From positions 34,410,001-34,474,000 of the forward strand of contig OZ024754.1 in NCBI GenBank assembly GCA_964016885.1: a stretch of DNA of 64,000 nucleotides, read 5' to 3'. Source of the DNA: Eledone cirrhosa (taxonomy: Eukaryota). Below the pieces are notes generated by a model, which saw nothing but the letters and a program-made list of their open reading frames with translations, made no database searches and was not told where the DNA came from. This document shows, one piece after another, positions 24,801 through 38,872 of the stretch. Every line of letters begins with the position of its first letter. Positions within the stretch are counted from its first letter, which is position 1. A program made the translations under genes and the position numbers.

Positions 24801-26139
24801 CTTCTGGGGTTGATAAAATATATTGTATCAGTCAAGTAACTAGAGTCAGTTACTTTCCTTTCCTTCTAAAATTGCAACCTTGTACCTAAATTAAAAACAA
24901 TTATTACACCTTTATACGGGGGCGGCAGTTTGGCAGAATCGTTAGAGTAAATAGTAGCTGATAGATTTGTGCTGTTTTATTTATTTAAAAATAATTGGGC
25001 ATTTGTTGTGAAACAGTAAATAGTAGAGGAGATTGGTATCATGGCAATATGGCTGTGGTGGAGGGGGGGGGGGGGGCTGGTAGAGTGATTGTGCGAGAGA
25101 GGAGAAAGTGATTGTGCGAGAGAGAGTGATTGCGTGTGAGAGAGAGTGATTTTGTGTGTGTGAGAGAGAGAAATATGTTTTTATTTTTTGGCACAAGACC
25201 ACCAATTATCCCAGTGCATTACTGGTCCTTTATTTTATCCACCCTATAAGGATGAAAGGCAAAGTTAACCTCGATGGGACTTGAACTCAGACCGTAAAGG
25301 GACGTAACTCTATGCTGCAAAGCATGGCGTCCGACCCTCTACTGATACTGCCAATCCACTACCCTAAGAGAGAGAGAAATAATAAAAGATGGAGGTGAGA
25401 GAGAGAGAAGAGTGGGGAAAAGAAAGAACACAGCAAAGATAAGGATAAATGGATAAATAGATGTTGAGGGGGAGACAGAAAGAGCAAAGAAAATATAAGG
25501 AGAAAAGGATAGAGGTAGAGAGTAGTAGTATATTGAGTGAGTGAGAAAAGGAGGAGTGAAAGAAAAGTGTAGAGAACAAGCTAGAGAGAGAGAAGGGAGA
25601 GAGGAGGCAGAAAGATCAACTGAAATATTTAGGAATGGTAATAGAGGAAAGCAAGGGCAGTATTATTCATAAGGCTGAGTAGCTTGAAATTTAAGGGCCC
25701 GAAAGGGACCAGGGGGATTTTCATTCCCTCCCTTTCTCCCTGCTATAGTGGAGTGTAAGTTCGGAGTGCCAGAGATGGGGGACCCAAAATAGTGGAAGGC
25801 TTAGTGGTCTGACCATGGATTAATGTGGCGCCACCCTGAGGAAAAGTATAGGGAGATAGATTGATAGAGACAGAGATATAGGTAGAGTGGGGATAGGAAG
25901 AGAGAGATTGGCATAGATCAGTAGGAGGTAGAGTCTGAGTAGAAGGAGCAAATAAGAGGAAAGTGAGAGGGGGTAGACAGATAAATGTAGTGGGGGAGCT
26001 TGCAAAAGAAGAAAGTGGGGAGGAAGAGGACGGGGTAGGGATGAATGATAGACAGGTAGACACTGAGAGAGAGAGAGAGGAAGATAGGAGAAGGGGGAGG
26101 AATAGAGTTACAGATGGATAGATATAGAGATAATTATAT

Positions 26140-26640
26140 AAATATCTTTCTTTATTTGCCACAGGGGCGTACAAAAATGGGACATTACAAGACGTGATGG
26201 CGGGGGTTTTACATAAAAATAACTTTAACATTAATAAATAACAATAAACTATATATAATAAAATAACAATTGAAATCCCCAGTAGGGGGGAACGTTACTG
26301 CAGGGTTGTTTTACACCCCGTGGATAGAACAACCCTCAACACCAGGAACACGTTTTGTAGGTGTTCCCGTCTTCCCTCTGTTTATCTTCCTCAACCTACA
26401 GGTTTATATACAGAGAAGGCCCATTCACTTGGGCCATTTTTGCCACATTCACCCACCTTTTCAGTGAATTTACTGGGTGTGTAGCACCTCTCTCTCCACT
26501 CTCACCTTCCCTCTGAAGTGATACTTAAAGAAGGGGATAAGTTGTTGTCCGGAGAGAAAGGTGTTTGCCCTCAGTCCTTTTAACCTCGTCCACCATATTA
26601 CCTCTTTTGCCATAGCCACCAGACAGAGGTAAACGGCCTC
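26140..26640 (-). mobile_element. L1/Tx1-like LINE ORF2 C-terminus and 3' UTR
   Basis: The reverse strand reads EAVYLCLVAMAKEVIWWTRLKG...FFKYHFRGKVRVEREVL..KFTERWVNVA, then a UTR with AATAAA. A related older copy is at about 44590-44980 (+). Confidence 0.65.
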
Positions 26641-26869
26641 TATAAATATATAGATAGGTAGGTAGGTAGGTAGGTAGGTAGAGGGGGAAGAGGAAGAGTA
26701 ATATGATAGGTGTTGTTAAAGAAAGAGATGATTTGCAAAGGAGGAAAGCAAAACATAAGTCTTCAACAGCAGCAGCAGTCAAGAAGATTTCTCTGGCAGT
26801 TATCCAAGAAGAATCCTGTATGTAATTTTTCTCTGTTGTTGCTGCTGTTGCTTGTTATGGCTGCCATTG

Positions 26870-27560
26870 TTACTGCTGCTGCTGCTGCTGCTGTTGAGCT
26901 ATTGTTACTGCTGTTGAGCTCTTGTTGCTGCTGTTGTTGTTTTTGAGGTGTTGTTACTGCTATGGCTCTTGTTGCTGCTGTTGAGCTGTTGTTACTGCTG
27001 TTGAGCTATTGTTACTGCTGTTGAGCTGTTGTTGTTTTTGAGGTGTTGTTACTGCTATGGCTCTTGTTGCTGCTGTTGAGCTGTTGTTACTGCTGTTGAG
27101 CTATTGTTGCTGCTGTTGAGCTATTGTTGCTGCTGTTGAGCTATTGTTACTGATGTTGAGCTATTGTTACTGCTGTTGTTGTTTTTGTTGCTGCTGTTGT
27201 TGTTTTTGTTGCTGCTGTTGTTGTTTTTGTTGCTGCTGTTGAGCTCTTGTTGCTGCTGTTGTTGTTTTTGTTGCTGCTGTTGAGCTCTTGTTGCTGCTGT
27301 TGAGCTATTGTTACTACTGTTGAGCTATTGTTGCTGCTGTTGAGCTATTGTTGCTGCTGTTGAGCTATTGTTACTGCTGTTGAGCTCTTGTTGCTGCTGT
27401 TGAGCTCTTGTTACTGCTGTTGAGCTCTTGTTACTGCTGTTGAGCTCTTGTTGCTGCTGTTGAGCTCTTGTTGCTGCTGTTGAGCTCTTGTTGCTGCTGT
27501 TGAGCTCTTGTTGCTGCTGTTGAGCTGTTGTTACTGCTGCTTCTATGGCTATTGTTACTG
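26870..27560. repeat. 20-bp minisatellite
   Basis: (TGAGCTCTTGTTGCTGCTGT)n with variants. Confidence 0.9.
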
Positions 27561-27702
27561 CTGCTGTTGTTTGCTATGGTTGTTGCCTGAATGAAGGCCC
27601 ACGCATTCTTAAGTGAGATTCTGTCAAAGTAGAAGCCAACATTCATCAGGTTTTGTTCCTGACTTCCTTATCTGCCAGTGCTTCCCACTTTGTCCTAGAG
27701 TT

Positions 27703-28681
27703 CAGAGGTCCCTAACCACCAGGCCACGGACCAGTACTAGTCTGTAGATCATCTGCTACTGGGCCGCAAAGAAATAATTAACTTGTTTAAAATTATATAA
27801 GAGACTAGCTGATGTACCCAGCTTTGCCTGGGTAAACAGATGATAAGAGAAGAGAGGTAGGAGAAAAAATGACTGTATTGGATGCTTCTCTGGTTTACAA
27901 TATGAGGCTAGACTGTGGTGTGTGCATATTACAAAAAAATAAACAGTAAAAAAAAACTTCCAGATACACCAGATTCTTCGTTTTACCGTTCGTGCATAAT
28001 ATATGAAGATTTCTAGGTGTTTCCACTTGTGACAACCTACATATAATTGTCCATGGGTAAAAGCATTCTCTTGTATTCAATTCTACAACTTTGAAACTCT
28101 GAGCCTGAATTTTATGTATGGTCATAAGAAAACTGGCTCTAACAGGGAACTGAAGTCTTGAGAATTTGAATGGCAGAGGAAGGGATAAGAGGAATCTTGA
28201 GAATAAATGCATTTTTTCTTTGAGGATTGCCTCCAAGAATAGTGACCTCTGGGAGATGGCTGTAAAGTGTGTGCCATTGCATAGAAGTAGTGGGTCCACG
28301 TTTCTCAAAAGGATGATGGAAGTTCTATTTTATATTATCATCATCCTCACCGTTTTACGTCCGTTCTTCCATGCTAGCATGGGTTAGACGGGTTGTCCTG
28401 TTGTGGGCAGTCTGGTCGGCTGACCATGCCTTGCTCATACAGGAACTGATTTTGGCTTGATTTCTACAGCTGGATGCCCTTCCTAACACCAACCTCATTT
28501 ACAGTGAGTGCTGGGTGCTTTTTCCGTGGCGCCTATACATTATATGTAGATATAGATATAGATAATTGTATATAAATGTGTATGTGTAAATCAACATCCG
28601 AATCGTGTGCAACTACCAGTTTGCGGAAAGTTTGTCCACCATGAAGTCAGACCATGGTATAAAAAAGGTTGGAGACCACTG
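27703..28681. mobile_element. hAT-type MITE interrupted by a Helitron and a SINE tail
   Basis: Termini CAGAGGTCCCTAACC... and ...GGTTGGAGACCACTG. Flanks CTAGAGTT and CTATAGGT match at 6 of 8 positions (degenerate TSD). Confidence 0.6.
27805..28320 (-). mobile_element. Helitron PIF1-like helicase fragment with 3' hairpin and CTAG
   Basis: LLRNVDPLLLCNGT...LPFKFSRLQFPVRASFLMTIHKIQAQSF. The minus-strand end reads ACCCAGGCAAAGCTGGGT-ACATCAG-CTAG|T. Confidence 0.85.
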
Positions 28682-31240
28682 CTATAGGTAGAGCTGGACC
28701 TTAAGTTTTGTTGGTTCTCTTGGCTTCAGTGGAAATCAGTTGACAACTTGGCCTCTCTCTTAAGACCACAACTAGCACATTGAAGCATGCTGTGACCCAT
28801 AAATCAAAACTATGCTCAACTATTCATGTTGTCCAGCCCATGCCAACATGGAAAGAAGACATAAAATGGTGATGTTATGATGATATTTGTCTACTGGTTT
28901 AACACTTTTGATATCAAACCACCTGAAACCCTGGTTCTATGATAGAAAAAATTTCCAAAAAATTTATATTTATTTAAAAACCTATTGTAATTTTATGCAA
29001 GAACCTTTGTTAAGTTATGTTCCAAACACTAGGTTAATTATGAGAAAATTAGTTATATTACGAAATTCCACCAAATTTTTAATTATTTTCAAAATAATTG
29101 AAAATTCTTGACAGTTTTTCATTAGGAATGTGGCAATGAAAGGATTAAGCAAATGTTTAGTTTTTGCAGCATTTAATTAAATTAGTATCAAAAAGGTCCC
29201 CCCCCCCCCCCCCCCCCAAGAAAAAACAACCAACCCCTTTTCTGATTCATCAGCAATGGCCATTAGGGATATTGAGAGGGGATGAATAGAGGAAAACAAA
29301 AACCCCCAAAAAATCAGTTTAGGTAGTTTTCTGCACCTGTTTAGGAGCAACCAGCCTCCTCACCCCTTTCAACTATCAAATGTGTTCTAGAAAAAAAATT
29401 AGCCTAATCTAAGCTTTATGAGGTTCAGTTCTCTTTCACCTTCTTTTTTTACGGGGGGGGGGGGTATTTCCTCCCTTCCCCCCGCCTCTCCCCATCCCAA
29501 GAAATCTGAGCCCAATGATATTCTGTCTCATGATAGGAATGTTGAAAGTTGATATGAAGTATTAAATAGTCTTGTGTTTCTCTGTTGGCTGAAAAATCTA
29601 CCCCCAGCACCCCGCCTAATGTCACCCCACCCCCGTCTACTTGCTGCATTACAGTTAAACAAAAATCAAAGTGAGTTGGGGATGGAGTGTAATACAGCTG
29701 AGGTTTTTTTGGGTTGTGACTTCCTGTGATTTGTGAAAGGAAAATATGAATTTAACTGATTCTTGCATTGACACACAATATGGTTTTGAACCAACAAAAC
29801 TATGTTTGAACCAAGTTGGTCACTTGATCTTCTTCTCTATGATAATGGATCCAACATAGATTTCAATTATGAGCATATGTGAATTAACTGGCAAAGTGAT
29901 TGAGTATTCCACAGGTACAGCTCATCTGTCAGATGGCTTGTTCCTCACAATTTCCATCTACCCAATTTCACTCACTAGGCTTGTGCTGACCTCAGGTTTT
30001 GGTAAAACTAATTGCTCAAGATGCCACACAGTGGAATTGAACCTAGGACCTTATGATTGCATACTTCCACTCATTTTCTTTTTTTTTTTTCACTATTACT
30101 CAGTCAATCTTTATTTATCATTTAACACCTTCCCACTTTCATATTCTCTGTTTAGTGTGACAAATAAAAACATTGCTAATTATTATATGCTGGTGCTGTT
30201 TTATAACTGTTAACTCCCTGAAGATGGAACAGTCTCTTATTTGTTTGACAGCTTCCTACTTCCATAGTCTCTCTTTAATGTTACTGAAAATAAAAACATT
30301 GTGCTAATTATTATATATGGATATTTCATCTTCTATTTTATAACTGTTGGTCCCTAAAGATAGAGATTTGTGTTATTTTGATATGTTGATAGTTCAATAA
30401 ATCTATTTTGATCAGGATAAATATATTCTCTGTCAACTTGTATTTTTCTTTTTCTTAATTCACTTAATTTCAACTTAAATATATTATATCTTGCATATTA
30501 TTATTAGGTTAACTGAGTGCATTGATTAGCAGAATCATTAGGGTGTTGGGCTAAATACTTTACAGTATGTAGTTATGGCTCTTTATGTCCTGAATTCAAA
30601 CCCTTAAACCCTTAGTAGGACAGCTGGAGTATTGATGCCTATGATCTTATTGTTAACTCTTCAGTTTTATGTATTAACTGTCTCTGCTTCTATGAAACAA
30701 AACTTGTTTTAATGTATTTATTATCTAAACACCTATCATAATTTTATGTTTGAACCTTTAAGTCATGTTCAAAACTCCAACTTAATAATGAGAAAGCTAG
30801 TTATATTACTAAAAACCTTCAAATTATTTATTTTCAAACATATTTGAAAATCACAGGCTGTGAATTTCATCAAGATTATGGTAACAAAATGGTTAAAATG
30901 ATGTGTTCAGTAATATTTTCCTCACCTCTCATTTGTGAAAACTGTAATCTGTTGAGTTCATTAAACTCTAAATGTTTGGTAAGTCTGTCCTTGGTCTAAT
31001 TCTTTTATCTCTCTTCTCTTTATCTTAGAAGATATTACTGAAGTTTAATGTTTTCTTCTCTTGGGAGTGATCTGGATATATTTCTCTGACTCTAATTTCA
31101 TGCTTGTGTTGTGTGTTTCATTTGTAACAGGCTGTCTAATGTTTTTTTTTTTTTTTTTTTTTTTTTTCAGTATTTAGCTTGAAGTCAATTATATACAGAT
31201 TATTTATTTTAACCCTATAGCACCTCTACTCATGACTGGA

Positions 31241-31454
31241 TTAACCCTTTAGCATTTTAACCAGCCACATCCGGCCAGAATTCCCTCACCTCTTTCTGTT
31301 AAAACCGGCTGTAACCAGCTGTTAGGGTATTGTTCTTAAAATAAATATCAAAATATCATACATTCAATATTATGTGAGATAATTATGTAAAATAAATCTG
31401 TTACCATGAAAAAATAATAGTAAATATAGAGTAATATAAATGCTAATGGGTTAA
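31241..31454. mobile_element. piggyBac-type (TTAA) MITE
   Basis: TTAACCCTTTAGCATT...AATGCTAATGGGTTAA. Confidence 0.8.
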
Positions 31455-32486
31455 GCTTGCATATGTCCCTGGATGAAAATGTTATTAAGAGGGCATTGTA
31501 TCAAACAGAATATATTATTTATGGTAGCAAAAGAATAAATTTGGCACTCATGGAATATTGTAGGGCTTTTGGTTACAACCCAGTCAATCCCCATTCCTTT
31601 AATCCACCGCTAAAAAAAAGTCTAAAGTCTGTCTGGAGCCCAGAGACTCATCAGGTTGGTGTTTATCCCAGTTTTCGAGGCATTAAACTACTAAAAGTAC
31701 AAGACTCCACCCTGGAGAGGACAGCAGTCCATTGCAGGGTTACACCCCCAGCTATTGCTGGTACTCATTTTCAGCTGAGTATACTAGAGCAATGTGAAAT
31801 GAAGTGTTTTGCTCAAGAACACAGCACACAACCCAGTCCAGGAATCAAATCCACAACATTATGGTCATAAGTCCAACACTCTTACCACTAGGCCACACAC
31901 TTCCACAGTACTCGTATTCAGTTTGATGTAGTATGTGGAGTAAAGGCATCAACAACACAAAAGATATGGATAAATAGTTACGAAGCTTGCTTTGTAAACA
32001 TGGAGGTTGTGTGTCAAGATGGTGCCTCTTATGACTCCATTAGGAGTTATGGAATCAGTGATAGTGAGTCCTGGTGTTCTCAGTAAAGATCTCCAATTCA
32101 TACATGCATGCTCGAGTAACTCCTGGGGGAGTTGTAGAGACGCTGTATAGACATATGGAATTTCTATGGCATTTTAAAACCTGGCAGAGCCCATCTCTCC
32201 TCTCCAAGTCTGGACACAGCAGATTTCTTCCAGAGAAGGATAGAGAGTGTGAGAGGAATTGAGGAAGAATCTACCCCAGTACTTGACTGGTACGTTTTTT
32301 TATCAACCTTGAATAGATGAAAGGCAAAGTTGACCTCGGTGGAATTTGAACTCAGAGAGCAGTGATCCACAACAAATACCACAAAACATTCTATCCAATG
32401 TTCTAACGACTCTGCCAATTTGCCACCTCATAAAGTAAACTAATTAGAGAGTCAAGTGTATTTAGGAATCACATTATTTCACTTAC

Positions 32487-32558
32487 CTCTTTGCAGTTTT
32501 CTGAGGGGAATGCTTTTTTGCTGTTTGTTTTGTGTTTTCTTTTTCCCTCATCAGCCAT
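32487..32558 (-). CDS. Candidate first exon of an unidentified minus-strand gene (MADEGKRKHKTNSKKAFPSENCKE)
   Basis: An ATGG start, 24 open codons and a perfect GAG|GTAAGT donor. No homology was recognised and no downstream exon was confirmed. Confidence 0.3.
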
Positions 32559-32979
32559 AATCTTCACAAAAATATTTTTAACACTTTAAAACTGTAGTAT
32601 ATTTCATGTAAAACGTCTGTCAGGATGGTAAGATGGTGGTAAGAGTGTGTGTGAAAGGGAAAGAGACAGTGGTAGTGTTAACAGTAACACACCAAATATT
32701 TTTGTTTTTTGAAAACCCAGATGATTATATTATTTGTTTGTACTCTCGGCTTCCAAATAACAGGGGAGAGGCGGAATCGGTAAATTTTTTAGGTTGTCGC
32801 CGTTGATTTTTTTAAAAACTAGAATTAGTCATTTAGTTTACATATTGAGACCCCCAACCCATCCTAATTATTTTATAACATATGGGATTTCTAGTAATGT
32901 ATTTTATTTTTGTCATGTATAATGTTTTTTAATGTACAAAGAAAATTAATTGTCACCGGAATGCTACCACTTAGAATAT

Positions 32980-33426
32980 CCACACTGTGGCAGGTCTTTG
33001 AGAAATTGTGAGAGTATTGCCAAGAGGTATATTCTTGTTTTATCAATCTTGAAAAGGCATATAACCGTGTTCTTCAAGGCCTTCTGTGGAAGGATCTGCA
33101 GGAGGATAGGATCGATGGTCAGCTCCTTGCTGCCCTGATGTCTCTATACGAATGACCAAGTATTTGTGTTCAGATAAATGGTGCTAACTTGAAACGTGGA
33201 TTGGCAGTATCAGTAGAGGGTCGAACGCCATGCTTTCCAGCATAGTTACGTCCCTTTACGATCTGAGTTCAAATCCCGCCGAGGTTGACTTTGCCTTTCA
33301 TCCTTACGGGGTCGATAAAATAAAGTACCAGTAATGCACTGGGTAATTGCTGGCCTTGTGCCTAAAGTAGAAACAATTAAATGTGGGAGTCAGACTCTGC
33401 CGAAGGGGTCTACTGTCACCTCTCCT
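32980..33426 (+). mobile_element. Degenerate RTE RT fragment split by a family-A SINE (33197-33380)
   Basis: TLWQVFEKL*EYCQEVYSCFINLEKAYNRV...IDGQLLAALMSLY, then the SINE, then NVGVRLCRRGLLSPLL. Confidence 0.75.
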
Positions 33427-33567
33427 AAAAAATATCTATACTGTCATATTGATCTTTAATACTTGGTGGTTGTTTCTATTTAAACTATGAAATTTCCATG
33501 AGGTCTGATTTTATTATTGATTATTAATTAAACAGTGTTTTCTCGTCTTTTTTTTCTAATAATTTAG

Positions 33568-33705
33568 CCAAATTGAAATCTTTGCCAGAGATATTAAGTT
33601 TGTCCACTTCTGACTTGACAAGAGTGACAAACCTATCACCACGAGATGTCCTTATTTTAAAAGGAGCTGTTGCTGAATCTATCCCTTTGTTACCTACTGT
33701 TACAG
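33568..33705 (+). CDS. XRCC3: XRCC3 internal coding exon (N-terminal domain)
   Basis: TTTAG| acceptor and |GTAAA donor, 138 nt, phase 1-1. (A)KLKSLPEILSLSTSDLTRVTNLSPRDVLILKGAVAESIPLLPTVT resembles vertebrate XRCC3 [24 protein letters not shown]. Confidence 0.8.
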
Positions 33706-34352
33706 GTAAATATATCATTTTTTAAGTTGTATTCCCCTACGTGACATCTTCAACAAGTGTTGTTTACTATAGTCTGGAGTTGGTAGATGGAAACTGCATG
33801 AAACACTGTCGTATATATATGACCTGAAAAATGAAATTTACTGCTCTCACATATACAGCTGTTAGGTGTTCCAGCTGACAGAATGAGGCCATGCTGGGGC
33901 ACCTACTCCGTTAGATTTGATGAAGTATGTTCCAACTGTTTGGTCAATGGAACAGCCTGCTTGTAAAATTAATGTAGAAGTGGCTGAGGATTCGACAGAC
34001 ACATGTACCCTTTACATACAAGGGTTGGCTGAAAACTACAAAGGCTGACCAAGATACTCTCGTGGAATGACTCAATGAGGTTTATTTTTCAACATAGTCC
34101 CTGGAAAGAAACAATGCAGTTATCAATAAGAAGGATTTAAATTAATACATGCAAGATTTCACAGCTCTAGCATCAATCCTTCATAGTCAGCCTATGAACT
34201 TTTCAGCCGTCATCACCATCTTTATCATTATCATTTTTATCATCACCATCATCTTTATCATCACCATCATTATCATTATCATCTTTATCATAATCATCAT
34301 CATCCTTATCATCATCATTATAATATTTCTTCTTTTTCTTCTTCCTTTTCAG

Positions 34353-34445
34353 CCTATAATTTAATGAAGCACAGTAATGTTCCCCCTGCTTTGAAGGTGG
34401 AGAAACTTTCAACAGGATGTGAAGTTCTTGATAGAGCATTGAGAG
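34353..34445 (+). CDS. XRCC3: XRCC3 internal coding exon
   Basis: Polypyrimidine tract plus CAG| acceptor and |GTAAG donor, 93 nt, phase 1-1. (A)YNLMKHSNVPPALKVEKLSTGCEVLDRALR(G) contains the RecA/RAD51 LSTG...LD..L.GG motif. Confidence 0.88.
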
Positions 34446-34481
34446 GTAAGGATCTGTATGTCTATAAAATAACTCACACAC

Positions 34482-34525
<44 letters not shown>

Positions 34526-34790
34526 GACAAGGTACATGGTCTTGTGGCTAGGGTGTTGGACTCAAAGTGTTATGTTAAAGGTTTCATTTCTGGACTAGGT
34601 GGCCTGTTGTGTTCTTGAACAAAATACTTTATTTTATATTGTGACCAGCACGTAGTATCAACAATGGAAAGACCAATGGAAACACTTTTCTTCATCCAAT
34701 CTGACAATCAGCTTTTTAAAAAATGTATATATTTATCTATATCATTGTTTATCATCTGCTTTTCCATGAACATTTAACAATGACAATGAT

Positions 34791-34833
<43 letters not shown>

Positions 34834-37137
34834 ATCCCAGGTTCAATCAGGAGTAACCACAGTAAGCAAAGTACTCAATACATAGTAGAGTATATACAAT
34901 ATTTAATATAGAAATGTCTTCTTCAGGACGAGAACTGTTTCCTTTGAATGAATCATTTCTAGTCCTGTAGAAGCCATTTCTATATTATATTCCATTTCTC
35001 TTCACAACATTCATCACTGGCTCTCTTTCTTTTGCCCAATCAATTTCATCCTTTCTCAACACATGGCCCAACCATCTCATTCCATTTATTCAAATGAAAA
35101 ATAATCAGTCTGATTATTGTAGTTGAAAAACTCTGCTTGGATCTAACTGGAACTTTAGTCGATGCTGTTTGTGAATAGATAACATTTACCATTTGCAGAG
35201 AGGGTAGCTTGGGTGTTTGCCAAAGATTTAAAGAAGTCATAGAACAGAAATTATTGAAAACCAGTTCTGGAGCTTTTGGCTGCTTATTTTGTTTATATCT
35301 TTAACACATGACTGCTGCATTCTATAAATATTAGTTTTCATTCATTCTTTTCTTTATTTATTCATTCATTTCTCAGTTTGTTGTCAGTGTTTTCACTGTT
35401 TTCATACAACAGACCATTATGTACTCGCTGTAAATCCTCCATTGTAGTTACTGATTCTTCTTCTTCCTATTTTAGATTGATTGATTGCTGTCATTTGACT
35501 GTTGTGTGTGCACATAAAGCACTATATCACTGTAGATGTCTATATCCTGTCACAATGCCAGGAAAAGAAAGCACTGCAATCTATTGTGCACTAAATGAGT
35601 TTATATGCAAACTACATCTGAATCAAATTGCCAGCTAAAAACCTAGTTACCTGCTTCAATATCTACAGTTGAATATATGTATTCATATATGGAGATATAC
35701 AGGAATATATGTCTCTAAGTGTGTGCAAGTGTTTTGGACTTTGTTTGGTACCAATGATGAGTATTACAAGAGGACAAAGTGGTCACTGTTGGATCTTTTG
35801 CCATAGGTCTGGTCAGTGACTGAACTCCATATGGAACTGAAATAAGCTCTGGCAAGATGAGCCTCTAGGCTCAAGAAAGATTTTAACATTAACACTTTTC
35901 ATACCAGTGCCTTCTGCCCCTGGTTCTACAATACAAAGCTGCTAATTTTAAAGTGTTTATATTTATGTATAAACCTTCCATCATTATTTTATGTAAACCT
36001 TTTTAAGACATGTTTCTAAACACCAGCTAATAATGGGGAAGTTAATTATCATATTGAACCCCTTTCAAATTCTTGATTGCTTTCGAAATTAATTGAAAAG
36101 CGTAGGCAATGTGTTTCATTAGAAAGGTGATAAGGAAAGGGTTAAACTCTGCATCACATGTGCTTTACAAAATATTCTATTTGTAGGTCAGGTGATTGAA
36201 GCAAAGTTTTTGTGGTTGTCTGAATGTCTTTTTGTTGAACATCCTCCACATGTAAATAGCTCAGCTGGAAACCAATGGTCCCAGAGAGGCATACGAACAA
36301 CTAAGTGCCTTTTTCTGTGTTCATCTATTCTACTCATGTTTTGCAGAAGAAGCAAAATAACTGGTTTGGACCAACTAAGCTCCAAGGTCTTCAGTCCACT
36401 TCCCTGTAGAAGCTTATTGCACTAAATACAGTTAACCTAGATCAAAACATCTCAGACTTTTTACTTTATAGATCTCTTGTAACAAAATTTAATTTCTTTT
36501 CTCTTCACCCCCACTCACCCTTAAATATATTAATCAAATATTAAATTTCAAAACAACTAATTTACCAGTGTTTAATACAACTTACATGAGACAAGAATCA
36601 GTAAACTAGCAGGCATGCTAGGTGTACAATATCTGGCAGTTAGTCTACATGATCCAGTGTTTTTTGTTCTCTTGTTATAAAATGATTATTAACTGTAAAC
36701 TATTAAATTCACACCCTAGGGACCTCTAAGCTTTTGCTCATTCCTGCCAAAAATTTGTTCACCCCCTAGGGTTTTACATTGAGAAGCCCTGGTTTAGTTA
36801 ACCTAGTAAGTATTTTATTTAGCAGATTATCTGGGAATGTAACAGGAGATAGATTAGCATCCTATCCAAGGAAAGATTTTATCCCTCATTCACTTCACGC
36901 CATAAAACTTGTGCTGAACACAGCCTCTTAGAAACCTATCGAAACTGAAGAGAGAGATTTACATTTTAAATTTTTTCCCACATTGTGGCACTTTTTCTTT
37001 CACCACCATCAAATCACTCAATTGTTGGAAATAACATCTGATACTGCTTTCATACTGCTTGTATCTAGAGGACCCATGACAGTCATTTATAGATATAGAG
37101 GTTCTCTTCTTCTTGTCATATGACATATGCACAATGG

Positions 37138-37345
37138 TTAGAGAGACTGATTGAGATTAGTGAGCCAGACTAAGGCATCATTTGTCATATTAAGGATTGC
37201 TTCTAGGCCACTGGGAAAATGTTTGAGGGGGCAATCCAGAACAACATGCAGCACTGTCTGGTTAGGGTACCCACAGTCACATGCTGGGCTGTCTTTCATC
37301 TTCCATTGATGGAGATGATTGGCTGTCCTTCTTGGCATGTGTTGT
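37138..37345 (-). mobile_element. LINE ORF2 C-terminal CCHC segment (Vingi/Ingi-like)
   Basis: LHQWKMKDSPACDCGYPNQTVLHVVLDCPLKHFPSGL...ALVWLTNL*. Confidence 0.65.
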
Positions 37346-38809
37346 GTAGATGATATGGAGGTGTGTGTGTGTGTGTATTGCAAATATTATATGTATGTGT
37401 TGCATGCGTGTGTGTGTGTGTATACACATGCATGTGTATATGGATGCAGTATGGCCAAATGGTTAAGAAATGTGCTGTGTTTCTCCTCATTATTGATGTT
37501 GTTGTTGTTGTTATCAGTGTCACTATTAAACCACCATCATTGAAATGATTATGAATTACTGCAAACCTTTTCAGGCTGGCAAATTATTTGATGTGGTTCA
37601 TGTTCAACTTACTGTATTTCCCGGCGTCAAATACGCTACTTTTTTCTCCACCCTGGAGGCCGAAGGTTGTTTATTATATTTTTTCAAATTTTTGGTTGTC
37701 AAAACTAAGGTGTGTCCTTGAGGATGCAGCATCTTCGGCGCTGGGAAATTTTTTTCAAATATGTTGATTGATTCAAAATTTTATATTCAATTGTATAAAT
37801 ATTTATAAGCATGAAGAAAAAAAAAAGAAAGAGGGAATGGCAGTGGGCAAATTCTACATCCTTAGCTGGGCAGTAGATTTCAGCTGTTCCCTGTTGACAA
37901 GATGGCATGAGAGTATTTTGGTCAGCCTATGTACTTTTCAGGCAACCTTGAAAAATAAACTTCATTTGGTCATTCCATGAGAGTATCTTGATCAGCCTAT
38001 CTACTTTTCAGCTGATCCTCTTAGAATAGGTTCAGCATATTCCTGCTGGTCATAAAACGCAACTAATAGGGTCAGTTCCAAGAAACACATCCGGCTGTAA
38101 AGCATTGCTTGAAAAAAGACCTCATGATGCATGTAAGCCATGATATGGGGTCTGCAAGGCTAATTTCCGTGCTTTAGCAGGGAAATTATCGTCATAACTG
38201 TTGTTGGTGTTGTAACGTTATATGTTATGTATTTATGTATTGGCCTCCTATTTTAAGAGGCATTCGTCTGCCATGCATTTAATACTGCAGACTCTAGAGA
38301 TAAGTTTCAGTCATGTACCTTATGTAGTGGTTATCTTATCTTTCTCAAAAGATTGATCCTTGTGGTTGAAGCTGTGTTTAATTTAGTAACACCATTTGGA
38401 GGTTTGTCAGGGAAGGAGTGTTGTTGTGGGTTTAAATTCCTAAATATCATCATCATCATCATCATCATTTTATGTCCATTTTCCATGCTGACATACTGAG
38501 CTTCTCATTTTAGTGCGTCATTGTGTCTTTTGTTTTCTTCTTAGTTGTGGTCAGTCAGTATATATTAGGTGTTACATATATATATATATATATCATATAT
38601 ATATATATCATATATATTTTATATACATATATTTTATATATATATATATCGTATATATATCATGTATATTTTATATACATATATTTTATATATATATATC
38701 ATGTATATTTTATATACATATGTATATATATATTTTATATACATATATTTTATATATATCATGTATATTTCGTATACATATGTATATATATATCATGTAT
38801 ATTTTATAT

Positions 38810-38872
<63 letters not shown>

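Noticed and set aside
26710-26820. Protein-like frame GVVKERDDLQRRKAKHKSSTAAAVKKISLAVIQEES before GTATGT
   Set aside because: There is no polypyrimidine acceptor and no recognisable homology.
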